This document shows, piece by piece, positions 47,135 to 56,977 of a stretch of DNA of 64,000 nt (the stretch's first letter is position 1; each line of letters starts with the position of its first letter). The stretch is from Candidatus Methylomirabilota bacterium (GTDB lineage Bacteria > Methylomirabilota > Methylomirabilia > Rokubacteriales > CSP1-6), in the NCBI GenBank assembly GCA_046726415.1, contig JBKPAK010000013.1, forward strand, positions 1-64,000, in the 5' to 3' direction. A model generated the notes under the pieces. It was not told the DNA's origin, did not search any database, and worked only from the letters and a program-made list of their open reading frames with translations. Position numbers and translations under genes: made by a program.

Positions 47135-48093
47135 TGTGGTGCCTCGCCGAGCTGAAAGACCGAAGCGTAGCGAACCAAGGAAGCACGCCGCTGGGCCCCA
47201 AAGGGTTCCAGCCCCCAGTATTCCAGGGGCCAACCGCGCCTCAAGGAGGGGTCGCCGTCGTGGACTTCGCTGAGCAGCTCCGTGACTGGCCGCCACCCGC
47301 GCTCCTGCGCGACCTTAGTCCGCACATCCAAGTCGACCCCCGACACGAAGAGGTAGCCGCCGGGGGTGACCAAGCGGGCGATGTTACGCAAGCATCGTTC
47401 GGCAGCAAGGGGCTCCATATGGCACAGAAATCTGTTTGCCACGACCATATCCTGGGGGCCGAGGAGGTCGGCCAGATCCGGGTCCCCGGCATCGGCACGG
47501 TGCCAGAAGATTCCCTCTCTGAGCCACGGCTTGACGCTGACCTGGTCGGCGTCGCGATCGAACATCCCCTGCATTTCCGGGTCGGTCATCCGCTCGAAAA
47601 TCGATGCATTCTGGTCTCGGCAAGTATTCCAGGTCACATCCTGTGCTCCCACTACCGCCGGTGAATGCGCCCCGTTGGTGACGTCGTCACTCCTCAGTGA
47701 GTAGACCCCCCCCTCCGCGAACGCCAGAATGTCTGATGAAATGTCGACCGCGTGTAGGCTCAGCTTCAGGTCTGGACGTACGGAGCGGATTGTCCACGCA
47801 ATCGAGTAGACCTCAGCGCCCTTGCTACAGGCCAGCACGGAGACTCCCCAGCTGGAACCGTGATGTGCCCGGGCGACCAGTCGGCCGATCAGTTCCAGCT
47901 CCGGGCGGTTTCTAAAGAAAAAGGTGCCAAAGTATTGTCGCCGGCCGACGTGACGGCGAACTGCGGCATGCAAATGCATGCCGTACGAACGCACCGGAGA
48001 GAGAGAGCGTAAGGAAGGCGGGATGTGCTTCCAAAGCTGGCCGGCGACAAACAAGCGTGGCCGGGCCAGGCCCCCTCGAAGGAGATCCCTCAT
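47131..48093 (-). CDS. CheR-fold SAM-dependent methyltransferase (paralog 2)
   Basis: TFFFRN, LACSKGAEVYSI, AVDIS, GVYS, DMVVANRFL, GGYLF. Confidence 0.82.
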   Translation of the reverse strand: MRDLLRGGLARPRLFVAGQLWKHIPPSLRSLSPVRSYGMHLHAAVRRHVGRRQYFGTFFFRNRPELELIGRLVARAHHGSSWGVSVLACSKGAEVYSIAWTIRSVRPDLKLSLHAVDISSDILAFAEGGVYSLRSDDVTNGAHSPAVVGAQDVTWNTCRDQNASIFERMTDPEMQGMFDRDADQVSVKPWLREGIFWHRADAGDPDLADLLGPQDMVVANRFLCHMEPLAAERCLRNIARLVTPGGYLFVSGVDLDVRTKVAQERGWRPVTELLSEVHDGDPSLRRGWPLEYWGLEPFGAQRRASLVRYASVFQLGEAPQ

Positions 48094-48132
48094 GGTGCAC
48101 CGCTCGAGATGAGGTCCGGCCAGGGGTTGGGG

Positions 48133-49716
48133 CTACGCAGGTCGCTCACCTGCCCGCCAGCGGCCAGCCGGCCAGAGGCCGGTTGCCCTGAGTAATCCCA
48201 TGTACACCGACTTCTGCTCCATGATGAAGAGGAGGCTGAACAGATAGACGCCGAAGAAGATAGTCGATTCCGCGACCAGACGGACAAAGGCTGGGTCCAC
48301 GCGATCGAGCGTGGGTCGGACGACCAGCGTTGCGGCCACGCCGATGGCAATGGAAATCGAGGTGGGCCGTGCCGCGGCGAGGATGTCCGACAGGGTGATC
48401 AGCGTCCCCTGCTTGGCCCACAGCAGCACGGGCACGACAGAAATGATCATGATGATGGAGAGGCCGGCCGCGACACCTTCTGGGCCACGCTGCAGACCAA
48501 GGGCGTAGCTGAGAATCAGCAGGGGGGTCACGATCAGCGCAATCTTGGCGCAGCGGCCGGCCAGACCGCGGGCCAGCATGAGCCAGGCAAAGGGATTGAC
48601 GAAGGCCCAAACCAAGATCGTCGGCGCGAGAAGGCGGAAGATGCCCGCCGCGTCACGCCATCTGGGCCCGAGCAGCACCAAGATGATGTCGTCCGCGAAG
48701 AGGGCGCAGCCGATGGTAATTGGGACGACGAGCGACAGAAAGAGGCGGTAACCCTTCAAGAAATAGGCCGCCAGCCGGGGGGGATCATCTTGCACACGTG
48801 ACAGCGCCGGGAACGCCACCATCCCGATGGTCGCGTAGAGATTGTCATTTGGTAAGTTGATGAGCTGGTAGGCTCGGCCGTAGAGGCCCAACGCCTCGGC
48901 ACCGCAGAAACGGCCGACCAACACCTTGTCGACGTTGTAGGCCAGGTACACGGTGAGGTTGTTGAAGCTGACCGCGCCACCATACGCGAGCAGCGACCGG
49001 AGTCTTGACCGGCGCTGGGGAAGGCCAGGAATCCATCCGGTAGCCAGCCACAGGCCGACAACGCTCACCGCTGGCTGGCTGAGCATCATGGCCACTAGCG
49101 CCCAATAGCTGTAGCCGGCGAAGGCCATACCGATGCCGATGGCAACGCTGAAAAGAAGGGAGACGAGGTCGACCATCGCCAGCACCGCGAAACGCATGTT
49201 CCGCTGCAGCATGGCGCGATGCTGCGCGCCAGCACCATTGAAAATCAGGATGGCACTCAAGGCGACGGCGACCCAATAGAGCCGCGGCTCACCATAGAAG
49301 GCGACCAGCAGAGGGGCGGTGATGGCCGTCAGAAAGGCAAGCAAACCGCCCATGGCGAGATTGATCCAAAAGAGGGTCGAGGTCTGCGCCGTCGTCACGG
49401 AAACACATTGGACCGTGGCCATCGACAGACTGTCCCTGAGCAAACCAAGGAACCCTGTGAAGGCGGTCACCATGTTCACTAGGCCGAAGTCTTCCTTCAA
49501 TAAGAGACGGGCGAGAACGATGAACGATCCCGCGCGAAGGAGGAACGTGCCAGCCTGGGCCGCGGTGGAAAAAAAGGCCCCCCGGGCCGTTTGCCGCTTT
49601 AGATCCTTTGCCTCGACATCGCGGGCACCCTCCTCGCCGTTCTCATCCGTCTCGGCGAGGCGAGTCGTCCGGGAGACCAGTTCTGTGGTGGGTGTGCGGG
49701 GTGGCGGGATGTTCAT
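48133..49716 (-). CDS. wzx: Polysaccharide flippase (WzxC-like)
   Basis: LARLL..EDFGL, STLFW, NVDKVLVGR, LGLYGRAY, LLGPRW; many TM segments. Confidence 0.92.
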   Translation of the reverse strand: MNIPPPRTPTTELVSRTTRLAETDENGEEGARDVEAKDLKRQTARGAFFSTAAQAGTFLLRAGSFIVLARLLLKEDFGLVNMVTAFTGFLGLLRDSLSMATVQCVSVTTAQTSTLFWINLAMGGLLAFLTAITAPLLVAFYGEPRLYWVAVALSAILIFNGAGAQHRAMLQRNMRFAVLAMVDLVSLLFSVAIGIGMAFAGYSYWALVAMMLSQPAVSVVGLWLATGWIPGLPQRRSRLRSLLAYGGAVSFNNLTVYLAYNVDKVLVGRFCGAEALGLYGRAYQLINLPNDNLYATIGMVAFPALSRVQDDPPRLAAYFLKGYRLFLSLVVPITIGCALFADDIILVLLGPRWRDAAGIFRLLAPTILVWAFVNPFAWLMLARGLAGRCAKIALIVTPLLILSYALGLQRGPEGVAAGLSIIMIISVVPVLLWAKQGTLITLSDILAAARPTSISIAIGVAATLVVRPTLDRVDPAFVRLVAESTIFFGVYLFSLLFIMEQKSVYMGLLRATGLWPAGRWRAGERPA

Positions 49717-49768
49717 GTGATAGGGGCGCCAGACAACGGCGGTGTTCTCCAGACCGACCAGACGGCGG

Positions 49769-51079
49769 TTAGCGAGTCCTGCGGTCTAAAACCTTCTGGG
49801 CCGCCTGCTCGCCGCTCTTGAATGATTCATCAGTCCAGAGGTAGCCCCAGTCCCCATAGCGGCCACAGTAGGCGATTCCCAGGTCATCGAGATAGCCATG
49901 GACCACCTTCAGGGCCGCCGCCCGCTCGAGATCGAAGATGATGTTGGCGTATCGCAGCAGCATCGCGGAGCGGAACAGGATGCGGTCGTCCTCACGCAAG
50001 AGACCGCAGCGGCGGAGGTCCGAGATGACCGGCTCGATCCAGTCCTCGGGCGATCCGGTCAGGGGCTTGTACTTGGCAGAAAAGTAGACCTCGGCCTGGA
50101 TGCTCCCCGTGCCGGGTCTCGCGTTGCGGGCAGAGAGCATATGCGGAAAGCCGAGCCGGGTGAAGCAAATGTCCTCGTCATAGAAATAGGTCATGTGGGC
50201 ATCCGAGAGGTCTTTGCGATCCACGCCGATGTTGACGAGGACGCACGTCGAGCAGGCCAGGCGGCGCGACGCGTCGAGGACGTCTTGGGGCGCGCCACGT
50301 ATCATGCCAAGGAGATCTGGTAGTGGCACCGAAGAGATCAGGGCATCGTAGGGGGCCACCACGCCGTTTGCGAAGCTGAGCTGTCGCGCTCCGGGATCGA
50401 CCGATACTAGCTCGTGGTTGAGGCGGAGACTGGCCAGGGGGACGAACTTCCTCAGATAGGATTCGAACCCACCTTCGCTTGGATAGCGAAAGTGTGTGAT
50501 GTAGTGGATATCGGGAGCCGATGACGAGAGGGCGCCCCGCAGCATCTCCTCGAGGCTGGGCCGGTAGATGCGTGGGCCCAGCCAATCGGTGCTCATGTTG
50601 TCGGCGGTGGTGAGGTGGTACTTCCGCGTGTACTGCATGGGAAACAGTTCGGCGAACGCGCGACCGAAACTGGAGAGCAGCCAGTCGGCGTAGTTCACGA
50701 CCGGTCGGTCGGGCCCCTGGCGCTCCTGCACGAAGTCGGTAATGACCTTCACAATAACGTCTTCAGGCAGGCCGTGCAGGTGAAGCTGCACAGGGTGGCG
50801 GGGCCAGTAGCCGCGCCAGTAGTTATTCAGATTGATCTGAACCGTTTCGTACTCCTGGTCGACACTGTCGGCGAACAGGCCCTGCATGCGGGGATCCTTG
50901 GTGAAGGAAACGTGCGGGCCCACGTCGAACAGGAAGCCGCTGTCGTGGCGGAACGATGCCGTGTGCCCGCCGTGGTAGGCGTTCCTGTCATACATGACCG
51001 GTGTGATGCCCTCGGCGTGGAGCCGGTAAGCCGCACCGAAGCCCGCCATGCCGCTGCCGAGAATGATGATGTCAGGCAC
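49769..51079 (-). CDS. FAD-dependent oxidoreductase (UDP-galactopyranose-mutase/HemY-like fold)
   Basis: IILGSGMAG, GGHTAS, FDVGPH, FRYP..GGF, CGRYGDW; GTG start after GGAGG. Confidence 0.82.
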   Translation of the reverse strand: MPDIIILGSGMAGFGAAYRLHAEGITPVMYDRNAYHGGHTASFRHDSGFLFDVGPHVSFTKDPRMQGLFADSVDQEYETVQINLNNYWRGYWPRHPVQLHLHGLPEDVIVKVITDFVQERQGPDRPVVNYADWLLSSFGRAFAELFPMQYTRKYHLTTADNMSTDWLGPRIYRPSLEEMLRGALSSSAPDIHYITHFRYPSEGGFESYLRKFVPLASLRLNHELVSVDPGARQLSFANGVVAPYDALISSVPLPDLLGMIRGAPQDVLDASRRLACSTCVLVNIGVDRKDLSDAHMTYFYDEDICFTRLGFPHMLSARNARPGTGSIQAEVYFSAKYKPLTGSPEDWIEPVISDLRRCGLLREDDRILFRSAMLLRYANIIFDLERAAALKVVHGYLDDLGIAYCGRYGDWGYLWTDESFKSGEQAAQKVLDRRTR

Positions 51080-51192
51080 TGAAAGAGTTCCTCCCCGGTC
51101 TTCCCTCGGCGCTGGGATCAACACCCCCGCGGGCGCAGGAAGGGGCCGCGGCGAGGCTGCCATGTGGCCAGGGTTGGGGTGGCGGTGGGGCG

Positions 51193-52284
51193 TCAGTTGG
51201 CTGAGAGGGCTTCATACCGTTCGATTTGCTTTCGGGTGAGATGGCGAAGATCGTTCCCGACCTGGAGGGCGCGGTACCACTCGACGATCCAGTCGAGGGC
51301 TTGCGTCAAGGGAAGCACGGGATGCCACTCCAGACACGCCCTCGCCATGGATGAGTCCAACCTGAGAGAGTGGGACTCGGCCGGGTGCGGTCCGGAGTCT
51401 TTGCTCCACGAGGCGCGGTGACCCCACGACCGAGCTAATTCATCGGCAATCCAAGACACCGGCTTGGCGTCCACTTCGGCGGGACCGAAGTTCCAGGCCG
51501 CGGCAAACCGGCCGGCGTCCTCCGCCAGTCTCTCAGCAAGCACGAGGTATCCGCGCAACGGCTCCAGGACGAACTGCCAGGGTCGGATGGCGGAGGGGCT
51601 TCGGATCAGGCAGGGTTGGCTTGCCAGGAAAGCCCTCATAAGATCGGGAATCAGCTGGTCACGAGTCCAATCGCCGCCGCCAATCGCATTCCCGGCACGA
51701 GCGCTCGCGATGGCGACTCCGTGCTGCTCGAGCGACGCCGGCGCGAAGAACGACTCGCGGTAGGCGGTGGTCACGAGCTCGGCACAACCCTTCGAGTTGG
51801 AGTAGGGATCGCGACCACCGATGGGCTCGTTCTCGCGATAGCCCCAAACCCACTCGCGGTTCGCGTAGCACTTGTCGCTCGTGACGTTGACCACCACGCA
51901 CGGCTGTCCGAGCTGCCGGAGCGCATCCAGGAGATAAACGGTCCCCATGACGTTGGTAGCGTAGGTTTCGATGGGATCCTCGTAGCCGCGCCGCACCACG
52001 GACTGTGCCGCCATATGAATGACCACATCGGGACGGCACTCGGCGAGCGCAGACTTGAGCCGCGGGAAATCGCGAATGTCCCCGCGAATGGAGCGGACGG
52101 CGGCGGCCACGTCCGCCTGGTCGAACAGGCTCGGCTGGGTCGGCGGGTCGAGCGCGTATCCTGTCACGTTGGCGCCGAGCGCCTCCAGCCACAGCGAAAG
52201 CCAGCTTCCCTTGAAGCCGGTATGGCCGGTGAGGAACACGTCGCGGCCCTTCCAAAATGACCGCTTAGGCAACACCACCTTCAT
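51193..52284 (-). CDS. rfbG: CDP-glucose 4,6-dehydratase
   Basis: TGHTGFKGSWL, TSDKCY, DPYSNSK, IGGGDW, RPWQ, WNFGP. Confidence 0.95.
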   Translation of the reverse strand: MKVVLPKRSFWKGRDVFLTGHTGFKGSWLSLWLEALGANVTGYALDPPTQPSLFDQADVAAAVRSIRGDIRDFPRLKSALAECRPDVVIHMAAQSVVRRGYEDPIETYATNVMGTVYLLDALRQLGQPCVVVNVTSDKCYANREWVWGYRENEPIGGRDPYSNSKGCAELVTTAYRESFFAPASLEQHGVAIASARAGNAIGGGDWTRDQLIPDLMRAFLASQPCLIRSPSAIRPWQFVLEPLRGYLVLAERLAEDAGRFAAAWNFGPAEVDAKPVSWIADELARSWGHRASWSKDSGPHPAESHSLRLDSSMARACLEWHPVLPLTQALDWIVEWYRALQVGNDLRHLTRKQIERYEALSAN

Positions 52285-53621
52285 CCGATGACTTCGACCG
52301 GGGCTTGCGGCATTGACCGTGCCTGTGGCCCTCGCGTCACGAGTGGCCAGCGGGCGCTCTGTTCCTGCCAGAGTGACTCGACGAGCCGGTCACGGGGAGG
52401 CTCCTCCACATCATCCAGCGATAGCATGTCGTCCTTCGAGACATCGCGACGCAAGACGCACCCTTCCGAGAGGGCGATTGGCAGGGCGGTCGTGGCGCGA
52501 GCCGTCGTGGTGTTGTCGATGAGTCCATATGCGCAGAACCCACCGACGCCGTCGAGACGCTCGCCAGCTTTCAGATCGCGCTTGGCAATCGCGACGACTT
52601 CGCAGACAGGGCCTGCGATGGGAGCGACGGTTGGATCACGGTGGATGACCGCTCGACCGATAGTGGAGACGATCTGGATATGAGGCAAATGGTACGGTGT
52701 GTAGAAGACGTAGAAGGGGCCATCGCCGAGTTTGTAGTAGGCCAGCTGAACCTTCTTGAGTGGCGATTCTTCGTGAACGATCACGAAGGCGCCAGTGTGC
52801 GGGGCGGCGCCGACGGCATAGTCGACGAGGCCGGTGCTGAGCATCTGGTCGGCGGGCAGCCGGTGCGCCAGCTCGCGGACGTACCCGCAGGCCGGGCCGT
52901 ACATGCCACGGCGGCCCGCGTGGAATCCCGTCGCATTGGCGAGCACCGTCGTCTCCATGGACAGTTTGGTGGCGTCGGCAAACGACGTGACCTTTCTGGC
53001 GTCCTGGTCATGCTTCTCAGCAAATGCCCGCTGGGTCTCGGGGGTTCGATAGTAATCGACCATGCCCTTGATGTTGCCGGCGGCCACCGGATGGAGTCCC
53101 AGCGATCGGAGATAGCGAAAGAGGCTCATCGCCACCCCCGGTTCATCTCCGTCCGTGTGAGTGACCACCACCCCGGCCCGGTCTGCCTTCACCTTCAGTA
53201 TCGGCCCGAGCAGCGAATCAAGTTCGGCATTCACCAAAACTACGTGCTTGCCGTGGTCAAACGCCTCCAGCACCACATGCGCGGCGGCCTCGACGGTCCC
53301 CGTCACTTCCACGAGGATGTCGATGGCGCCGCAAGCGGTCAGCACCGACGGGTCGTCAGTGAGCACCGGGAACCCGCGGGCGATTGCCGCTTCGGCCTCC
53401 CGCGCCGACCCCGCCCGACGCCACTCCCTGACGCCGGCCTCCCGGAATGCCCTTTCCCCGTGCGCCGGCGTGCGATTTGCGATCGCCGCCAGGCGAATCC
53501 CCGGTGCCGGTGTTCCGAGCTGCAGGGCGATGGCGCGGCCCGTGGCACCGGCGCCCACCATGCCGACGCGGATTGGGTTACCATTGGTCTCACGCTCTCG
53601 AAGGGCCGTATCCACAATCAT
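52281..53621 (-). CDS. NAD(P)-dependent oxidoreductase with C-terminal SAF domain
   Basis: VGAGATG, NAELD, DGDEPG, SFADATK, AKRDLKAGERLDGVGG. Confidence 0.88.
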   Translation of the reverse strand: MIVDTALRERETNGNPIRVGMVGAGATGRAIALQLGTPAPGIRLAAIANRTPAHGERAFREAGVREWRRAGSAREAEAAIARGFPVLTDDPSVLTACGAIDILVEVTGTVEAAAHVVLEAFDHGKHVVLVNAELDSLLGPILKVKADRAGVVVTHTDGDEPGVAMSLFRYLRSLGLHPVAAGNIKGMVDYYRTPETQRAFAEKHDQDARKVTSFADATKLSMETTVLANATGFHAGRRGMYGPACGYVRELAHRLPADQMLSTGLVDYAVGAAPHTGAFVIVHEESPLKKVQLAYYKLGDGPFYVFYTPYHLPHIQIVSTIGRAVIHRDPTVAPIAGPVCEVVAIAKRDLKAGERLDGVGGFCAYGLIDNTTTARATTALPIALSEGCVLRRDVSKDDMLSLDDVEEPPRDRLVESLWQEQSARWPLVTRGPQARSMPQAPVEVIG

Positions 53622-53633
53622 GTTGTCGACCTC

Positions 53634-54173
53634 CTACCGCTTTGCGAGCGGCCACGTGAGATCCTGTTCGGAGACCACCGTGGCCTCAAGGGGCCATTGT
53701 ATGTTGTAGGCCGGATCATTGAAGCGCCGACCACGCACGGCGCTGGGCGTGTAGAACCCCGAAGTCAAATAGTAGATCTCCGTATCATCCTCCAGGGTCT
53801 GGTATCCGTGCCCACACTGCTCGGGTACGTAGAGCATTCGACCATTGCCGGCGCTCAACTCTGCCCCGTACCATTTGCCATATGATGGGGACTCCGGTCT
53901 GAGGTCGAGGACTACGTCGAAAATTGCGCCTTTGGTGCAACGAACCAGCTTGGCCTCGACGGCGGGCGCTTCCTGGAAGTGCATACCTCGAACAGTCCCC
54001 TTGCGAACGCTGAACCCCATATTGGCCTGCACCGGAACGAAGTCGAGACCCTGCTCCGCGAATTGGCGAGCACACCACGCTCGCATGAACCGACCGCGAT
54101 CGTCTTCGTGCGGACTCGGATCGATCAAGCGGGCGCCGACGAGGTCCGTCTCTGTAAAACGCATGCCCGTCAC
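53634..54173 (-). CDS. NDP-4-keto-6-deoxysugar 3,5-epimerase (RmlC/RfbC family)
   Basis: DDRGRF, RGMHFQ, KLVRC..G.IFDVVLDLR, HGYQTL. Confidence 0.93.
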   Translation of the reverse strand: MTGMRFTETDLVGARLIDPSPHEDDRGRFMRAWCARQFAEQGLDFVPVQANMGFSVRKGTVRGMHFQEAPAVEAKLVRCTKGAIFDVVLDLRPESPSYGKWYGAELSAGNGRMLYVPEQCGHGYQTLEDDTEIYYLTSGFYTPSAVRGRRFNDPAYNIQWPLEATVVSEQDLTWPLAKR

Positions 54174-54259
54174 CAGCCTTCATTCCGAGAAGGGCGCCGG
54201 TTGCCTTCGCGCTCCTCCTCTTCTTCCCTTGGCGATGACTTGCTGGCCAACGCTCTGGC

Positions 54260-54916
54260 TTACTCGACGATGAGCTTTCTGCAGTAGAAAGCTTCGGCAT
54301 AACTGCTGGGCGCGTTGCACTCCAGCCCGCGAAGCCGGAGGAGGGATCGGAAGAGGTCCTCCGAGAACCAGCGCTTGCCGCTCTGACTGGGAAAGCTCGT
54401 TAGGACCGCGTCGATCTTCTGTCGGCAGCGCGACTCGTCGAGGGGGACAAAGATGTTCGGTGACCCGAGGTCGCCGTCGTATTTTGGGATCTCATACTCG
54501 AGGATGAGGTGGTCCCGGAAGGTGTTCCAGGTGAGCTCAGAGATGAGCCGATGGTCCTGATGGAGGTCGCCGCGGTAGTGGGTCAGGACCAGGTCGGGCG
54601 AGATTAGTCCCTTGAGCTCTTCAAAGGTCTCCTTCACCTGGCTGCCCTCATAGGGCAAGAAGCCGTCGCGGAACTTCTTGATGATGACCTGTGAGCTCGA
54701 GGCCTTGGCCAACACCAGCCGGGCGCTCTGAAGCGCTTCGGCCTCGCGGGTCGAGTCAGAACTGAAGACCACCCACGTAAAAGCCGGCGGGGTTCGTCCT
54801 TCGGCGAGTTGGAGGACGGTGCCGCCGCACCCGATCTCCAGGTCGTCGCAGTGCGCGCCAAGACAGAGCACATGACGGATCGGCGGGGTGAGGTGCTCGA
54901 AGCGGAGCGTAAGCAT
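54260..54916 (-). CDS. PIG-L/LmbE-family deacetylase
   Basis: GAHCDDLEIGCGG, HQDH, YEIPKYDGD, AEAF. Confidence 0.9.
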   Translation of the reverse strand: MLTLRFEHLTPPIRHVLCLGAHCDDLEIGCGGTVLQLAEGRTPPAFTWVVFSSDSTREAEALQSARLVLAKASSSQVIIKKFRDGFLPYEGSQVKETFEELKGLISPDLVLTHYRGDLHQDHRLISELTWNTFRDHLILEYEIPKYDGDLGSPNIFVPLDESRCRQKIDAVLTSFPSQSGKRWFSEDLFRSLLRLRGLECNAPSSYAEAFYCRKLIVE

Positions 54917-54927
54917 TCCAAGCCCGG

Positions 54928-55776
54928 CTAGGTTTCCACGGGCGTTCCGAGCAGACTGAGCGAGGCGGCACGCGGTAAACGCAGATTGACGGGCTGGCCG
55001 TTGGTCTTCCAGACCTCCCAGGGGACCTGGCCGCGCGTGTACAGGTCTTCGAGCAACTGCTTGTCCTTGAAGGTGTCCATGCAGGCCCAGAAGCCATCGT
55101 AGGGATAGGCCAGCAGCTTCCCAGCGGCGGCAAGGCGCTGGAAGGGATCCTCCACGAGCTCTTCCCCGGGCTTCATCCAGTCGAATATCTGCTGCCGCAT
55201 GACGAAGAAGCCGCCATTTATCCGCATCCCTACGTCCTTCAGGTGGCGAATGCTCCTGACGCGCCCTCCGGCGTCGACGCTGACGAGGTGGAAGCTCTGC
55301 GTGGGAGCGACTCCCGCGAAGCAGGCCACCGCGTCGCCGCGCCGGAAGTGCTCGAGCATGTCGGGAAGCGGCAGATCGGAGACGCCATCGCTATAGTTGG
55401 CGAGGAACATCTCCTCCTCACCCAGGAAGGGCTGCACGGCCTTGAGGCGCATGCCAATGTTGGAGTTCAGGCCAGTTTCGACGAAGGCGATCTTCCAGTC
55501 ATCGATATCGCTGGCGAGCAGATCGATCTTCTTTCCGCCTTCGCTCATGACGAAGTCGTTAGAAACGGTCTCATCGTATTCGAGGAAGTACTTCTTGATA
55601 CTGTCCCCCTTGTAGCCAAGGCACAGGATGAAGTCCTTGTGCCCGAAATGCGCGTAGTACCGCATCACGTGCCAAAGAATGGGTCGGTAGCCGATCGGGA
55701 CCATCGGCTTGGGGATAGTTTCCGAGTACTCCCGGAGTCTCATGCCCAAACCACCGCAGAAAATGACGACTTTCAC
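54928..55776 (-). CDS. rfbF: Glucose-1-phosphate cytidylyltransferase
   Basis: FCGGLGMRL, PKPMV, LGYKG, INGGFF, FWACMDT. Confidence 0.93.
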   Translation of the reverse strand: MKVVIFCGGLGMRLREYSETIPKPMVPIGYRPILWHVMRYYAHFGHKDFILCLGYKGDSIKKYFLEYDETVSNDFVMSEGGKKIDLLASDIDDWKIAFVETGLNSNIGMRLKAVQPFLGEEEMFLANYSDGVSDLPLPDMLEHFRRGDAVACFAGVAPTQSFHLVSVDAGGRVRSIRHLKDVGMRINGGFFVMRQQIFDWMKPGEELVEDPFQRLAAAGKLLAYPYDGFWACMDTFKDKQLLEDLYTRGQVPWEVWKTNGQPVNLRLPRAASLSLLGTPVET

Positions 55777-55884
55777 TCCGGTTCCTCCTGCGCAGGAATC
55801 TGGCTCTCCGTCACGGGCGCCACCATGAGATGCGCCTCGCCCCCGACCGGGGGCGGAGAGTCCGCACCGTTCGCCCCGCGGCTT

Positions 55885-56427
55885 CTAACTCCGACGATCG
55901 GCCAGGCATCCGCCCTCGGCTTGGTGCCGCTGCCCGGTGGGGAGGTACCGCAGGAGTCTCGCGGGGTTTCCGACCACGATGGCATTCGCGGGCACATCGC
56001 GGGTGACGACGCTGCCGGCTCCGACGATGGCGCTCTCCCCAATGGTCACGTTGAACAGGATCGTCGCTCCGGAGCCGATCGATGCTCCCCTTCTGACTAA
56101 CGTGGTCTCCACCTTCCAGTCCGTCTCGGTCTGGAGTTCCCCTGTGGGCGTCGTAGCCCTTGGGAGGGAGTCGTTAATGAAAGTGACGCCGTGGCCGATG
56201 AAGACGTGGTCCTCGACGGTGACCCCCTCGCAGATGAAGGTATGGCTTGAAATCTTGCACCGGCGGCCGATCCTGGCATTCTTCTGTATTTCGACGAATG
56301 TTCCGATCTTCGTCTCGTCGCCGATCGCGCAGCCGTACAGATTAATGAACTTCGCGAGCTTGACATCGCGACCCAACGTGACGTCGGGGGCAAGGCAGAG
56401 GTATTGATTCGCCGGCAGCCGTTTCAT
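55885..56427 (-). CDS. Hexapeptide-repeat N-acyltransferase (WbpD/WlbB-like)
   Basis: IGDETKIG, SHTFICEGV, FIND, GASIGSGATI, VVGNPAR. Confidence 0.92.
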   Translation of the reverse strand: MKRLPANQYLCLAPDVTLGRDVKLAKFINLYGCAIGDETKIGTFVEIQKNARIGRRCKISSHTFICEGVTVEDHVFIGHGVTFINDSLPRATTPTGELQTETDWKVETTLVRRGASIGSGATILFNVTIGESAIVGAGSVVTRDVPANAIVVGNPARLLRYLPTGQRHQAEGGCLADRRS

Positions 56428-56437
56428 GTCAGCGCGG

Positions 56438-56977
56438 CTAGGCCGCCGCCACGAGGGTGCAGTCCAGCTCCACCGCGACGCTCCGGCACAGCATATTGAT
56501 CGAGAGGACAAGGAGGCCTTTGTTGGGGTTTCCCCGGACGAAGATCCCCTCGACGTCCGCTAGCGGCCCGCGCGCGATTCGGACCCACTGACCCTCGCGG
56601 AGATAGACATGGGGGAAGACGGGAAGGCGGGGGCGTAGCGCCCGCTGAATGGCGCCGATCTCCGAGTCGGGCACTGTCTCCAGTCGATCCCACCGGTCCC
56701 CTAAGATCGATACGAGGCCGGGCGACTTGCAGACTTCGATATACGTGGCTTTGTCCATCGGGTGACGCAGGAAGAGGTAGCCGCGGAACATTGGAACCTG
56801 CGCCAGGTACCGGTGCCGTCCGCGCCTCGACCAGGCGTCGAGTTTGGGGAGAAACACCTCCAAGCCCTTCGCGGTCAACTGGTCATGCACGCGCTGCTCG
56901 CAGTTGCTGTGCGTCCATAGGACGTGCCATCTCGCGCCGGCGCTCGGGGGTACGGGATTCGTCTCGGTTTCTGACAA
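56438..56977 (-). CDS. NusG-paralog antiterminator (UpxY/RfaH/LoaP-like), first gene of the long minus-strand operon
   Basis: WHVLWT..N.E, VFLP, PMFRGYLF, KOW motif GQWVRIARGPLADVEG. Confidence 0.92.
   Translation of the reverse strand: MSETETNPVPPSAGARWHVLWTHSNCEQRVHDQLTAKGLEVFLPKLDAWSRRGRHRYLAQVPMFRGYLFLRHPMDKATYIEVCKSPGLVSILGDRWDRLETVPDSEIGAIQRALRPRLPVFPHVYLREGQWVRIARGPLADVEGIFVRGNPNKGLLVLSINMLCRSVAVELDCTLVAAA

Noticed and set aside
44825-48093. Chemotaxis operon
   Set aside because: No MCP, CheA, CheW or CheB in the window
49769-51079. Heme biosynthesis protoporphyrinogen oxidase
   Set aside because: Only the fold is shared; the position between rfbG and wzx favours a sugar enzyme
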